52,509 bases of DNA from Thermoplasmatota archaeon (GTDB lineage Archaea; Thermoplasmatota; Thermoplasmata; UBA10834). The translations under genes and the position numbers were made by a program. Positions 28,267 through 36,917 of this stretch are shown here, piece by piece. Position 1 is the first letter of the stretch. Each line of letters starts with the position of its first letter. The notes beneath the pieces were generated by a model. The model made no database searches, was not told where the DNA came from, and saw only the letters and a program-made list of their open reading frames with translations. The stretch lies in assembly GCA_040751795.1 (NCBI GenBank), contig JBFMHR010000006.1, positions 1 to 52,509 of the forward strand, in the 5' to 3' direction.

Positions 28267-29466
28267 TCACAGGGCCTTGAGCTTCTCCTCGATCTTGTCG
28301 GCCAGCTCGCGGACCTGGTCGAAGTGCTCCTGCTTCGGCGGCCCCTTCGGGTCGACGACGCCCAGCACCTCTATCTTCGACCCGCCGAGGAGCTCCTGGA
28401 CGTGCTTCACCGCCCCGCCGGACCATCCGTGCGAGGTCAGGAGCGCCGTGTACTTCGTCGGGGCCCTCAGCTGCTTGACCAGGAGGGTCGCGTACGCGCC
28501 CACCGGGTGCATCATGTTGAGGACCGTCGGGGCGCCCACCACGACCACCGGCGTGTCGACGAGCTCCTTCGCGACGTGGCCTATCTCCGTCACGGTCAGG
28601 TCGACGATGTTGACGATGACCCCCTTCGCGACGAGCTCGCTGTTGAGCGCGTTCACGAGCTTCTCGGTGCTGCCCCACATGGACACGTAGACGATGGCGA
28701 CCTTCTTCTCCATCTTCTCGCCGGTCCAGGCGGTGTACGGTCCGAGTATGACCTCTGGATCCCTCCAGATGACGCCGTGCGACGGGGCGATCATCTTGAC
28801 CCCGAGGTTCTTGACCTTCTCCACGGCCGTCGCGCCCTGCCTCCTGAAGGGCATCATGATCTCCGCGAAGTAGAGCTTGGCCATGTCCAGGGCCAGCTCG
28901 TCCCCCATCTCGTCGGAGTAGAACGGCCCGTCGGCCACGTGCGAGCCGAAGAAGTCGCACGGGAAAAGGATCCCGTCCTCCTCGAGGTACGTGAAGATCG
29001 TCTCCGGCCAGTGCAGCCAGGGCGCGTCCACGAACCTCAGGGTCTTGCCGCCGAGCTCCAGCTTCGAGCTCTCGTCGACTACCATGATCCTCTCTGGGTC
29101 GATGCCGAAGTACATCATGGCGGCCTCCTTCCCCTTCGCGCTCGTGACGAGCTTCGCCCCCTTGGCGACCTCGAGCACGTACCTTCCCGCGTCGGCGTGG
29201 TCCGGCTCCGCGTGGTTCATGACGACGTAGTCTATCTTCGAGACGTCGGTCCTCTCCGAGAGCTTCGCGAGGAGCTCCTCGTCGAAGCCAGGGTTGACCG
29301 TGTCTATGAGGGCGGTCTTCTCGGAGCCGACCACGAGGTACGCGTTGTAGCTCGTGCCGTGCGGCAGGGGTATGAGCCCGTCGAAGAGCCTCCGGTTGTG
29401 GTGCTTCACCCCTACCCAGAACACGTTGGGCGCGATCGATATGGTCCCTTTCGGTGTCTCAGCCAT
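28267..29466 (-). CDS. fprA: flavodiiron protein (A-type flavoprotein)
   Basis: GTSYNAY, HAEPDH, HWPET, CDFFGSH, PSHG, flavodoxin SMWGST. Confidence 0.93.
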   Translation of the reverse strand: MAETPKGTISIAPNVFWVGVKHHNRRLFDGLIPLPHGTSYNAYLVVGSEKTALIDTVNPGFDEELLAKLSERTDVSKIDYVVMNHAEPDHADAGRYVLEVAKGAKLVTSAKGKEAAMMYFGIDPERIMVVDESSKLELGGKTLRFVDAPWLHWPETIFTYLEEDGILFPCDFFGSHVADGPFYSDEMGDELALDMAKLYFAEIMMPFRRQGATAVEKVKNLGVKMIAPSHGVIWRDPEVILGPYTAWTGEKMEKKVAIVYVSMWGSTEKLVNALNSELVAKGVIVNIVDLTVTEIGHVAKELVDTPVVVVGAPTVLNMMHPVGAYATLLVKQLRAPTKYTALLTSHGWSGGAVKHVQELLGGSKIEVLGVVDPKGPPKQEHFDQVRELADKIEEKLKAL

Positions 29467-29594
29467 TCCCGAACACCTCTGAGGCAGGTTAACCGTTCGG
29501 GGTTCATAGCCTTGTTGCCGTTCTCCTCCGCCAGCGTGGCAATAGATTGAAAAGGGGGTAACGCTTTGGACACGCGGGCCGAGGTGCCATCGCC

Positions 29595-30122
29595 ATGGAC
29601 TTGAGGTCGAAGATCAAGCGGGTCCCGGAGTTCAAGGGGGTCGTCTTCTGGGACATCACCCCCCTGCTGAGGGACAAGCACGCGTTCAGGCAGTGCATAA
29701 AGGACCTGGCCGACCACTTCAGGGGCGACGACATAAGCGTCGTCGTCTCCAACGAGGCCAGGGGGTTCATCATCGGCGCCCCGGTCGCTCACGAGCTCGG
29801 CGTCGGCTTCGTCCCGATAAGGAAGAAGGGGAAGCTCCCCCCGAAGGTGCGGGCCCTGAGCTACTCGAAGGAGTACGAGTCGGACGTCATAGAGATCAGG
29901 GACGACGGCATCGAGCCAGGGGACAGGGTCCTCCTTGTCGACGACCTCCTCGCCACCGGAGGCACCATCAAGGCCAACGCCGACCTGGTGGAGGACCTCG
30001 GGGGCAAGGTCGTCGGCATGGGTTTCCTGGTGGAGCTGGAGTACCTGAAGCCGAGGGAGCACCTCGGCGACAGGTACCACATACACTCGCTCATCAGGCT
30101 CGAGAACACCGGCGAGCTCTGA
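29595..30122 (+). CDS. apt: adenine phosphoribosyltransferase
   Basis: FWDITPLL, EARGF, RKKGKLP, VDDLLATGGT. Confidence 0.93.
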   Translation: MDLRSKIKRVPEFKGVVFWDITPLLRDKHAFRQCIKDLADHFRGDDISVVVSNEARGFIIGAPVAHELGVGFVPIRKKGKLPPKVRALSYSKEYESDVIEIRDDGIEPGDRVLLVDDLLATGGTIKANADLVEDLGGKVVGMGFLVELEYLKPREHLGDRYHIHSLIRLENTGEL

Positions 30123-30180
30123 ACGTCCTTCGAAGCCCGGAGACGAAGTTTCAATTACCCGTCAGTCGTTCACAAAAGCC

Positions 30181-30738
30181 ATGGCGCTCGAGGCGCTGAA
30201 GGCGTCGCTGGCCGACTCCCCCATAGTCATGCGGGGGGAGTACGAATACCTGGTGCACCCGCTCACGGACGGCATACCCAAGGTCGACCCCGCCCTGCTC
30301 GAGGAGGCCGTGGACGCGCTCGTGCAGATCGGGGACTTCGACTGCGACACGATCGTGACCATCGAGGCCCTGGGGATCCCGCTGGCCACGGCCCTCTCCC
30401 TGAGGACGGGGAAGCCCTTCAACGTCGTCAGGAAGAAGATGTACGGCCTCCCCGGCGAGGTCAACCTGGCCCAGGTGACGGGCTACTCGAAGGCGACGCT
30501 CTTCATCAACGGGATACAGCCGGGCGAGCGCGTGACCATAGTCGACGACGTCATCAGCACGGGCGGGACGCTGTGGGCCCTGGTCGAGGCGCTGAAGAAG
30601 ATGCAGGTGAAGGTCGTCGACATCCTCGTCGTCCTGGAGAAGACCGACAAGAAGTCGGAGATCGAGAGGAAGATAGGGTGCCCGATCAAGACCCTCGTCA
30701 AGGTCGAGGTCGTCGAGGGCAGGGTCCGGGTCCTCTGA
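30181..30738 (+). CDS. hpt: archaeal hypoxanthine/guanine phosphoribosyltransferase
   Basis: VHPLTDG, RKKMYGLPGE, TGYS, VDDVISTGGT. Confidence 0.88.
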   Translation: MALEALKASLADSPIVMRGEYEYLVHPLTDGIPKVDPALLEEAVDALVQIGDFDCDTIVTIEALGIPLATALSLRTGKPFNVVRKKMYGLPGEVNLAQVTGYSKATLFINGIQPGERVTIVDDVISTGGTLWALVEALKKMQVKVVDILVVLEKTDKKSEIERKIGCPIKTLVKVEVVEGRVRVL

Positions 30739-30874
30739 TCGGGTTTCTCCCCAAAAAGGGCATATCGAACCAGACATGACTCTTTGTTTCTCGATTTAGA
30801 GTAGATGCCCTCCGCCGCCCTCGAAGCCTGCCTGCAGCCGAAAGGGGCACCATCCCGCAGGCCCTCGTGACATC

Positions 30875-32257
30875 GTGTCCGAGCTCGGCCTGCTAGCATC
30901 GGTGGCGGCCTCCGCCGCGGCGGGGTCGGCGCTGGGCTTCGCCACGGGGCTCGTCCCGGGGCTGCACGTCAACAACATCGCGGCCGCCGCGGTGGCCTAT
31001 GCGGGGTCGTTCCTCGGCCTGTTCGCGCTCCTCGGCGGGGCGACCGGCTCGGGCGAGGCCGGGCTCATGCTGTCCTGCTTCCTCGTCTCCGCGCTCGTGT
31101 CCCACGGCTTCTCCGAGGCCGTCCCCAACACGTACGTCGGGATACCGTCGGGGGACGCGATAACCGTCCTGCCGGCCCACAGGCTGGCGAAGGCCGGGCT
31201 CGGGTGGGCGGCGGTGAGGTCCTCCATCGACGGGAGCCTCGCCGGCGTCCTTCTGGGCGCCGCGGCCCTCGTCCCCATCTCGGTGATCCTGGGCCCAGCG
31301 GTGGGCGCCTACGCCCTCCTGAGGGGGGTGATGGGGCTCCTGATACTCCTGCTGTCTTCCGTGTTGGTGCTCTCGGACGGCCTGGCAGTGCCGGCTGCGC
31401 GGCACAGGAACGCCGCGAGGGCGGCCCGGATGGCGAAGATACTCGCCGTGTTCCTCGCCTCGGGGACTCTGGGCTTCGTGGTCCTCGACACGAACTACTT
31501 CGCCGCGGTCATGCCGGGCTGCCAGGCCCCGTTCGTCCCGAGGTCCTCGCTGCTCCTGCCCCTCTTCGCGGGCCTGTTCGGCATGCCCACCCTCATGCTC
31601 AGCCTCGGCAGCGCGGGCTCCCGCGACCCTGGCGCCACGCTCGCCCGCAAGGTGCGGGAGCCATCCAGGCTGAGGGGCTCCGCGATGTCGCTGGTCGGGG
31701 GAGTGCTGGTCGGGTGGATCCCGGGGCTGACGTCCGGCTCCTCGGCGACCATCTGCTCCTCCGCCCTGCGCGGGCCCGCTGAGGAGGCGGGCGACGTAGA
31801 GGGCTCGATGCGCTTCATCTGGCTCTACTCCGCGATATCGTCCGCGGGGGCGGTGCTATCGGTGGGCGCGCTCTTCACCATCCTCCGGTCGAGGAGCGGC
31901 GTCATGGACGCCGTGTCGCGCTTCATCTCCCCGGAGCCGGTCGGCCAGTCGCTCCCCGACTTGGTGGCGCCTTCCGCGCTCCTCCTGTCCATGGTGCTCT
32001 CCGCGCTGCTATCGTACAGCGCGATGTCCGTCATGAGGGAGCGGCTGCGCGCGGTGGGCAGGGCGCTCTGCTCGAGGAAGCTGGCGATCGGCGCCGCAGT
32101 CTTCGTCGTCTCGCTCGTCGCGGCGCTGACGGGGCTGCGCGGGCTCCTGCTGCTGGCGACCGCGTGCTGCCTGGGGGTGCTCCCTCCTCTGATCGGCGTG
32201 AGGAGGATACACCTCATGGGCTGCCTGCTCGTTCCGATATCCGTCACATTCCTCTAG
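30875..32257 (+). CDS. TctA/DUF112-family membrane permease
   Basis: GLVPGLHVN, LPAHRL, GWIPG repeat, many TM helices, GVRRIHLMG. Confidence 0.85.
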   Translation: MSELGLLASVAASAAAGSALGFATGLVPGLHVNNIAAAAVAYAGSFLGLFALLGGATGSGEAGLMLSCFLVSALVSHGFSEAVPNTYVGIPSGDAITVLPAHRLAKAGLGWAAVRSSIDGSLAGVLLGAAALVPISVILGPAVGAYALLRGVMGLLILLLSSVLVLSDGLAVPAARHRNAARAARMAKILAVFLASGTLGFVVLDTNYFAAVMPGCQAPFVPRSSLLLPLFAGLFGMPTLMLSLGSAGSRDPGATLARKVREPSRLRGSAMSLVGGVLVGWIPGLTSGSSATICSSALRGPAEEAGDVEGSMRFIWLYSAISSAGAVLSVGALFTILRSRSGVMDAVSRFISPEPVGQSLPDLVAPSALLLSMVLSALLSYSAMSVMRERLRAVGRALCSRKLAIGAAVFVVSLVAALTGLRGLLLLATACCLGVLPPLIGVRRIHLMGCLLVPISVTFL

Positions 32258-32380
32258 CGGCCGCGCCGACGCCTGCCGCCATGGCTCCGCCTGGACAGCA
32301 GTGTTGATAGAAGGTGGAAGGACCCCGTCTTCTTCTCCCCCCGTTAAAAATGGCGGGGACCCATCTCCGGCCCTGGCCGG

Positions 32381-32866
32381 TTAATCTTCCTCTTTAGGAA
32401 GAGGCCAGGGTTCAATACCCAGCTTGATGGGCCCGCCTGCCCAAGGCGGGCGCCCTTCCACCTTTATTGTGATCTCCTCGCCCGTGTCGAGGTTCTCGAT
32501 GTGCCATGCCTCCAGCACGGCCGCGTCGTCCTCCTCCACGAGCTCCCCGGTGACGTTGACCCTGTCGCCGACCGCGACCACGTCCCTGACCGTGACCTCC
32601 TGGGTGAGCCAGTACCACCACGGCCCGAACTTGACCTGGACCAGCTCGCCGTCGCGGGCCTCGAGCATGAAGGAGCCAGCGCGCTCGTCGCTGAGGTCGC
32701 AGTCGCCGTCGCTCTCCTCGTCGCAGCAAACGAACTCGGTGACCTCGCCCTCGATCGAGACGAGGTCATAGTCGGGGCTGTCGTCGAGCGCGATGGTGAC
32801 AGGCACAGCTACCAGTCCTAGCACTGCGACAGCTAATGCGGGCATGGCGAACTTAGAGCCGAACAT
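32381..32866 (-). CDS. exported acidic OB-fold-like protein
   Basis: N-terminal hydrophobic signal, IEGEV, VKFGPWWY, GDRVNVTGE, GRPPW. Confidence 0.65.
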   Translation of the reverse strand: MFGSKFAMPALAVAVLGLVAVPVTIALDDSPDYDLVSIEGEVTEFVCCDEESDGDCDLSDERAGSFMLEARDGELVQVKFGPWWYWLTQEVTVRDVVAVGDRVNVTGELVEEDDAAVLEAWHIENLDTGEEITIKVEGRPPWAGGPIKLGIEPWPLPKEED

Positions 32867-32944
32867 GCGCGCTCCTACCCCCTCAGTTCTGAGTACCCGT
32901 TTCGGCTTCATCGTATATAAACATATCCAATACTGACTACCTCT

Positions 32945-35641
32945 TTAGAACAAGCCTCGAAATTTGCCGTTCTTAACGCCGTTTTCGAACCCCTCCGCGA
33001 GCAGCCGCGCGCGGTCCCACCCGAGGGGCATGAGCACCGTCTCCGCGGCCCTCAGGAGCAGGTCGACGTAGGCCCCGGGGTCGTACTCGCCCTCGGACGC
33101 GAACGGCTCCGCCCTCACCCTCCTGCCGAGGTCCCTGCTCCCGCGCCAGGTGATCACGTAGCTCAGCAGCTCCCCCGGGTTCACCTCGAGGCCGTGCGAG
33201 CCCAGCTGGTCCAGGGCCGCCACGGCGTCGTTGACCTGCCTGTAGTCGCCGAGCGGCTTCGACACCCTCCTGGTGACGAGGAGCCTGTCCATGGGCACCG
33301 TCCCGGAGAGCGTTTCGTCCACGTACCTGTCCACCACCCCTAGCGCCTCGGGGACGAGCTCCGCCAGCATCCTGGAGTCGTCGGCCCTCGAGAGCCGCGC
33401 CAGCATGTCCCGTTGCATGTCGGCCACTAGGCCGCAGGTGTCCCTGCGCCTCAGCTCTATCCCGCGGAGCTTGAGCCTCCCGTCCTCGAAGAGGCCGTAG
33501 TACCTGTTGAGGGCGCCGACGCCCCGCGTCTTGTCCGGCAGGAAGGCGATCCACTTGTAGACGCCCTCCGGCTCGAGGGGTATCCCGATGTGGCCGGAGA
33601 CGTGCTCGCAGAACCTCCTCGGGTCGCCGCCCCCCTTCAGCCAGAGCGAGTCGACTATGCCGTGCAGTATCTCGAAGCCGTGCGCCTCCGCGATCTCCGA
33701 CGCCTGGAGCATCAGCTCCCTGCCGTACGCGTTGATCGCCTCGTGGCACTCGATCCTCCCGAAGCGCGCGTTCCTGTAGCCGGTGTAGCCGAAGCAGTTG
33801 TGCGTCACGATGCCGTTCGCCAGCGCGAAGCCGTGCACCGGCTCGGCCACGGAGAAGCAGTAGACGTGCGCGCTCGTCGGCTCGGCGCGGCCGGCGCCCT
33901 CGACCGTCGCCGCGTCGCCGGCGCGGCCGTAGAGGGGCGGCAGCAGGGGGAGCCGGTCGCCCCTGGCGACCCTGTCGGCCCTCCTCACGGCCATCCCATC
34001 CTCCCCGACGACCAGGCACGGGTGGTCGGGCGTCGCCAGCACCTCCCCGTGGCTCGTCTCGAGCCGCACCATCCTCCCCGGCGCGGGGAACCTGAAGACT
34101 GCGGTGACGGTCTTCAGCTCGGGCTGCATCTCATCGTCGAGCCCGAACAGCTGGATCCTCGGCCCCGGGGCCAGCTCCCCGCACCTCCCGCCGCACTCGC
34201 GGTCCACGACCTCCGATATCGGGCGCACGTCGAACCTGCCGTCGCGCTTGAAGGGCACCTCGGTCGAGCCGTCCAGGCAGGTCACGAGGAGCCACTTGAG
34301 TATGTCCACGCGCTCCCTGTAGCCCCCGACGTCCCCGACGCCCTCGCGCACGAGCCTCTTCAGCCTGGTCCTCCTCTCTATGACCGGCTTGAGCACCCGC
34401 GGTATCAGGCCGACGCGCCTGTCGCATGTGCCGTAGCCGAGCACCGGGACCCTCCTGGAAGGGTCGGGGCAGCAGCCGCACATGAGCGTCTCCGGGGAGA
34501 TGTTGAACCTGACCATGATGTTCGGGTAGAGGGAGGTGAAGTCCACCTCCAGCACCCGGTCGTGCACCCCCACGACCGGCTCGTAGATGAACCCCCCGCG
34601 GTCGGAGACGATCAGCTCCTGGGCGGTCTTGAACTCCTCGGGGACGTTCTTCTTCCAGAGGACGAGGCACCCGTCCCTGAGCGCCTGGTCGACCTCCATG
34701 GAGCTTATGGTGCTCCCGGGCGAGAGCCTCGCCAGCTCCTGCAGGGGGACCGCGGAGACGCGCGAGAGGTCGATGAGCCCTTCGAGGCCGCTCTCGGCGT
34801 ACATGAACGAGTTCTCCCGGTCGATGTGCACCCTCCCCTTGAGCGAGTAGGAGGGCGGCTTGTACTTGATCTGGCCGTAGGTGAAGTACGACTTCCCCCT
34901 GCGCTCGGTGTCGGGGCGGTCGTCGTCCCTGCCGAGCCGCAGCGAGCCAAGCCCGACGGCCTTCGCCTTCTTGTACAGGAAGGGTATCGCGAACGCGTCC
35001 CCGCCGTCGGTGTAGACGATGTCCGGGTCCGCCTCCGCCAGGAGCTCCTCTACGCCCCTGAGGACGCGCTCCTCGTCGCCGTCCACGCCGTCCCCGCCGA
35101 CCGTCGCCCCGAGGAGCCGGTCGTCGAGGCCTGGCACCCCGTGCTTCGTCGCGGAGCGGACGGCCAGCACCGTCTCCCTCAGAGGGGGTCTCTCGTACTC
35201 GAACGCGAAGCGGTCCTCGCACATCACGGGCGCGGGCCTTAGCTCCATCAGGCCCATCGGGAACAGCCCCCTCCCGGAGAGGAACCGCTGGCTGAACCTC
35301 AGGTCGACGTTGAACAGGGAGAAGTCCCGGTACCTCCCGCGGTTGTCGATCGTGTGCGCGACGTCCTCTATGCGCGAGTACTCCTTGACCGGGACCGAGA
35401 GCACCTCGCGCGGCTCCTCGCCGAGCCAGGTGCTCTTCATCTCGCGCCCCACGGGGCCGACCGCGTCGAGTATGGGCAGCGCCCCCTCGAGGTCGTCCAT
35501 GGCCCCCGCGCTCCCGTGCGCGTAGATCCTCGGGACGAAGCCCCTCTCGACGACCCTCTGCGGGCCCCTCCTGGTCCTCACCCAGTAGACGAGCGCGTTC
35601 TCGTCGTAGTCGGGGTAGATGTCCAGCAGCCAGCCCCTCAT
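32945..35641 (-). CDS. polB2: family B DNA polymerase, PolB2 group, intein-containing
   Basis: DFTSLYPNIM motif A, spliced KWLLVT/CFGYTGY motif B, HGIVDS in place of YGDTDS, KLRGIE; exonuclease motifs degenerate. Confidence 0.92.
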   Translation of the reverse strand: MRGWLLDIYPDYDENALVYWVRTRRGPQRVVERGFVPRIYAHGSAGAMDDLEGALPILDAVGPVGREMKSTWLGEEPREVLSVPVKEYSRIEDVAHTIDNRGRYRDFSLFNVDLRFSQRFLSGRGLFPMGLMELRPAPVMCEDRFAFEYERPPLRETVLAVRSATKHGVPGLDDRLLGATVGGDGVDGDEERVLRGVEELLAEADPDIVYTDGGDAFAIPFLYKKAKAVGLGSLRLGRDDDRPDTERRGKSYFTYGQIKYKPPSYSLKGRVHIDRENSFMYAESGLEGLIDLSRVSAVPLQELARLSPGSTISSMEVDQALRDGCLVLWKKNVPEEFKTAQELIVSDRGGFIYEPVVGVHDRVLEVDFTSLYPNIMVRFNISPETLMCGCCPDPSRRVPVLGYGTCDRRVGLIPRVLKPVIERRTRLKRLVREGVGDVGGYRERVDILKWLLVTCLDGSTEVPFKRDGRFDVRPISEVVDRECGGRCGELAPGPRIQLFGLDDEMQPELKTVTAVFRFPAPGRMVRLETSHGEVLATPDHPCLVVGEDGMAVRRADRVARGDRLPLLPPLYGRAGDAATVEGAGRAEPTSAHVYCFSVAEPVHGFALANGIVTHNCFGYTGYRNARFGRIECHEAINAYGRELMLQASEIAEAHGFEILHGIVDSLWLKGGGDPRRFCEHVSGHIGIPLEPEGVYKWIAFLPDKTRGVGALNRYYGLFEDGRLKLRGIELRRRDTCGLVADMQRDMLARLSRADDSRMLAELVPEALGVVDRYVDETLSGTVPMDRLLVTRRVSKPLGDYRQVNDAVAALDQLGSHGLEVNPGELLSYVITWRGSRDLGRRVRAEPFASEGEYDPGAYVDLLLRAAETVLMPLGWDRARLLAEGFENGVKNGKFRGLF
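33797..34279 (-). mobile_element. 161-aa mini-intein (no endonuclease) in PolB2 motif B
   Basis: Starts CLDGSTEV, block B ATPDHP, block F VYCFSV, ends IVTHN followed by Cys; removal restores KWLLVTCFGYTGY. Confidence 0.93.
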
Positions 35642-35919
35642 CCCTCGGGCTCACCGTTCCCGAGAACCCCGTCCTGCCCCCCCTTCTCCTTCCTGAGCCT
35701 GGCCAGCTCCTTCTCGTGCTCCAGGAGCATGGACAGCAGCGCCGACTCGGTCGGGTCCATGCTGATCGCGTAGGTCGCGGCGGAGGCGTGCATCCTGGCC
35801 TTGTCCATGAGCTCGTCGAACGCCTCGCGGTCGCCCTTCCTCAGGGCCCGCCTGAAGTCGCTCCACTGCTGCGCCATGGCCTCTAGGGCCAGCCTATATG
35901 TGGGGACCGTCCTCCCCGT
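35638..35919 (-). CDS. small helical PolB2-associated protein (arCOG07300-like)
   Basis: (T/M)GRTVPTYR...WSDFRRALRKGDREAFDEL...LLSMLLE; ATGA overlap with polB2; family-typical start position reads ACG, first ATG at 35877. Confidence 0.82.
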   Translation of the reverse strand, partial: TGRTVPTYRLALEAMAQQWSDFRRALRKGDREAFDELMDKARMHASAATYAISMDPTESALLSMLLEHEKELARLRKEKGGQDGVLGNGEPEG

Positions 35920-36664
35920 GTGAATCCCCCCTGAAGTCCTGCAGCGTCGTCTGGTTCCACGGCACCGGGCGGAAGATGGCCGAGCGCCCCTCCCTCGGCA
36001 GCCTGACCAGCACGCCGTCCCTGCGCTCCCGCATGTCGACGACGGTGTCGGCCTCCGACCTCAGGAGGCTGGCCATCCTCTCGTTGTGCGGGACATGGCC
36101 GGGCGTGCGCTCCGTCACCAGCGATATCGTCTCGTGGCCCCTGGTCACCCGCCTGATGCTCTCAGCGCACCTCCTCAGCAGCTGGTGCGCCTCCATCCAC
36201 CTCATGTCCTTGTCCAGGAACATGTCCGCGATGGACGACACGACGACCACCGCGGGCGAGCTCTCCCCGACCTCCTCCTCCAGCCTCTCGTCTATGAGCG
36301 TGACGAGCTGGTACGCGGTGAAGGCCCTGGATATGTTCACCCTCGAGAGCACGTCCCTCCTGTCGAGGCGCATGCGCTTGCAGAGCGCGCTCAGGGCGTA
36401 CGGGTCGACGGAGTTCCCCCCGTCGATCCACACGACCTCCTCGTCCAGCTCCGCGACGGCCTTTACGCAGAGGAGGTGGACCAGGTTCGACGGGTAGCCG
36501 CTGTCCCCCTCGAAGAGCGCGACCTGGGACGACCTGAAGCCGCCCACCAGGGCGTCTATGGGCGCCACCGAGGTGCGCAGAACGCGCTCGATCTGGAGCG
36601 GTTCGCACCCGAGCGGGTGCACCTCGGCGATGTCTGGGGCTGAGGCTATCCTCTGGACCTGCAA
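35894..36664 (-). CDS. inactivated RecA/RadA-like protein of the PolB2 operon
   Basis: TSVAPIDALVGG, degenerate Walker A (EGDSGYPS), WIDGGNSVDPY, SRAFTAYQL, QTTL C-terminal motif. Confidence 0.82.
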   Translation of the reverse strand: MQVQRIASAPDIAEVHPLGCEPLQIERVLRTSVAPIDALVGGFRSSQVALFEGDSGYPSNLVHLLCVKAVAELDEEVVWIDGGNSVDPYALSALCKRMRLDRRDVLSRVNISRAFTAYQLVTLIDERLEEEVGESSPAVVVVSSIADMFLDKDMRWMEAHQLLRRCAESIRRVTRGHETISLVTERTPGHVPHNERMASLLRSEADTVVDMRERRDGVLVRLPREGRSAIFRPVPWNQTTLQDFRGDSHGEDGPHI

Positions 36665-36668
36665 TGCG

Positions 36669-36697
36669 TCACCGGCGCTGATTCAATCCGCCGGTGA
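36669..36697. promoter_or_regulatory. palindrome between the TATA box and start of the PolB2 operon (putative operator)
   Basis: TCACCGGCG-N11-CGCCGGTGA perfect 9-bp arms; minus-strand CCTTAAC TATA-like element at about 36701-36707. Confidence 0.5.
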
Positions 36698-36839
36698 GGA
36701 GTTAAGGCGATGGAGGGGGGAGTCGGGTGAAACTAGTCGGTCGGATAAAAGCCAGCGCGCAGCCGCTGCGATTCGGCCGGAGTCCGTATGGAACCCGGCC
36801 GGTGCGATCGTGCGCTGGACTGCGAACCATAGACCAATG

Positions 36840-36847
36840 TTTAAGTA
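36840..36847 (+). promoter_or_regulatory. TATA box of the membrane/coiled-coil/KaiC-like gene
   Basis: TTTAAGTA in an AT-rich patch upstream of the CDS. Confidence 0.5.
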
Positions 36848-36917
36848 TCCATATCCTCCTCTTCAAATCGTACCATTACACTGATTGATAACGGCCGAAC
36901 CGGATGGGCTGAGAGTT

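Noticed and set aside
32258-32380. Possible ncRNA or SECIS-like hairpin between convergent genes
   Set aside because: Short imperfect stem more simply read as a terminator region; no in-frame UGA candidate gene nearby
9386-34279. Free-standing LAGLIDADG acting in trans to mobilise the PolB2 mini-intein
   Set aside because: The two are ~23 kb apart and nothing in the sequence links them; only a cleavage assay on the intein-less allele could support it
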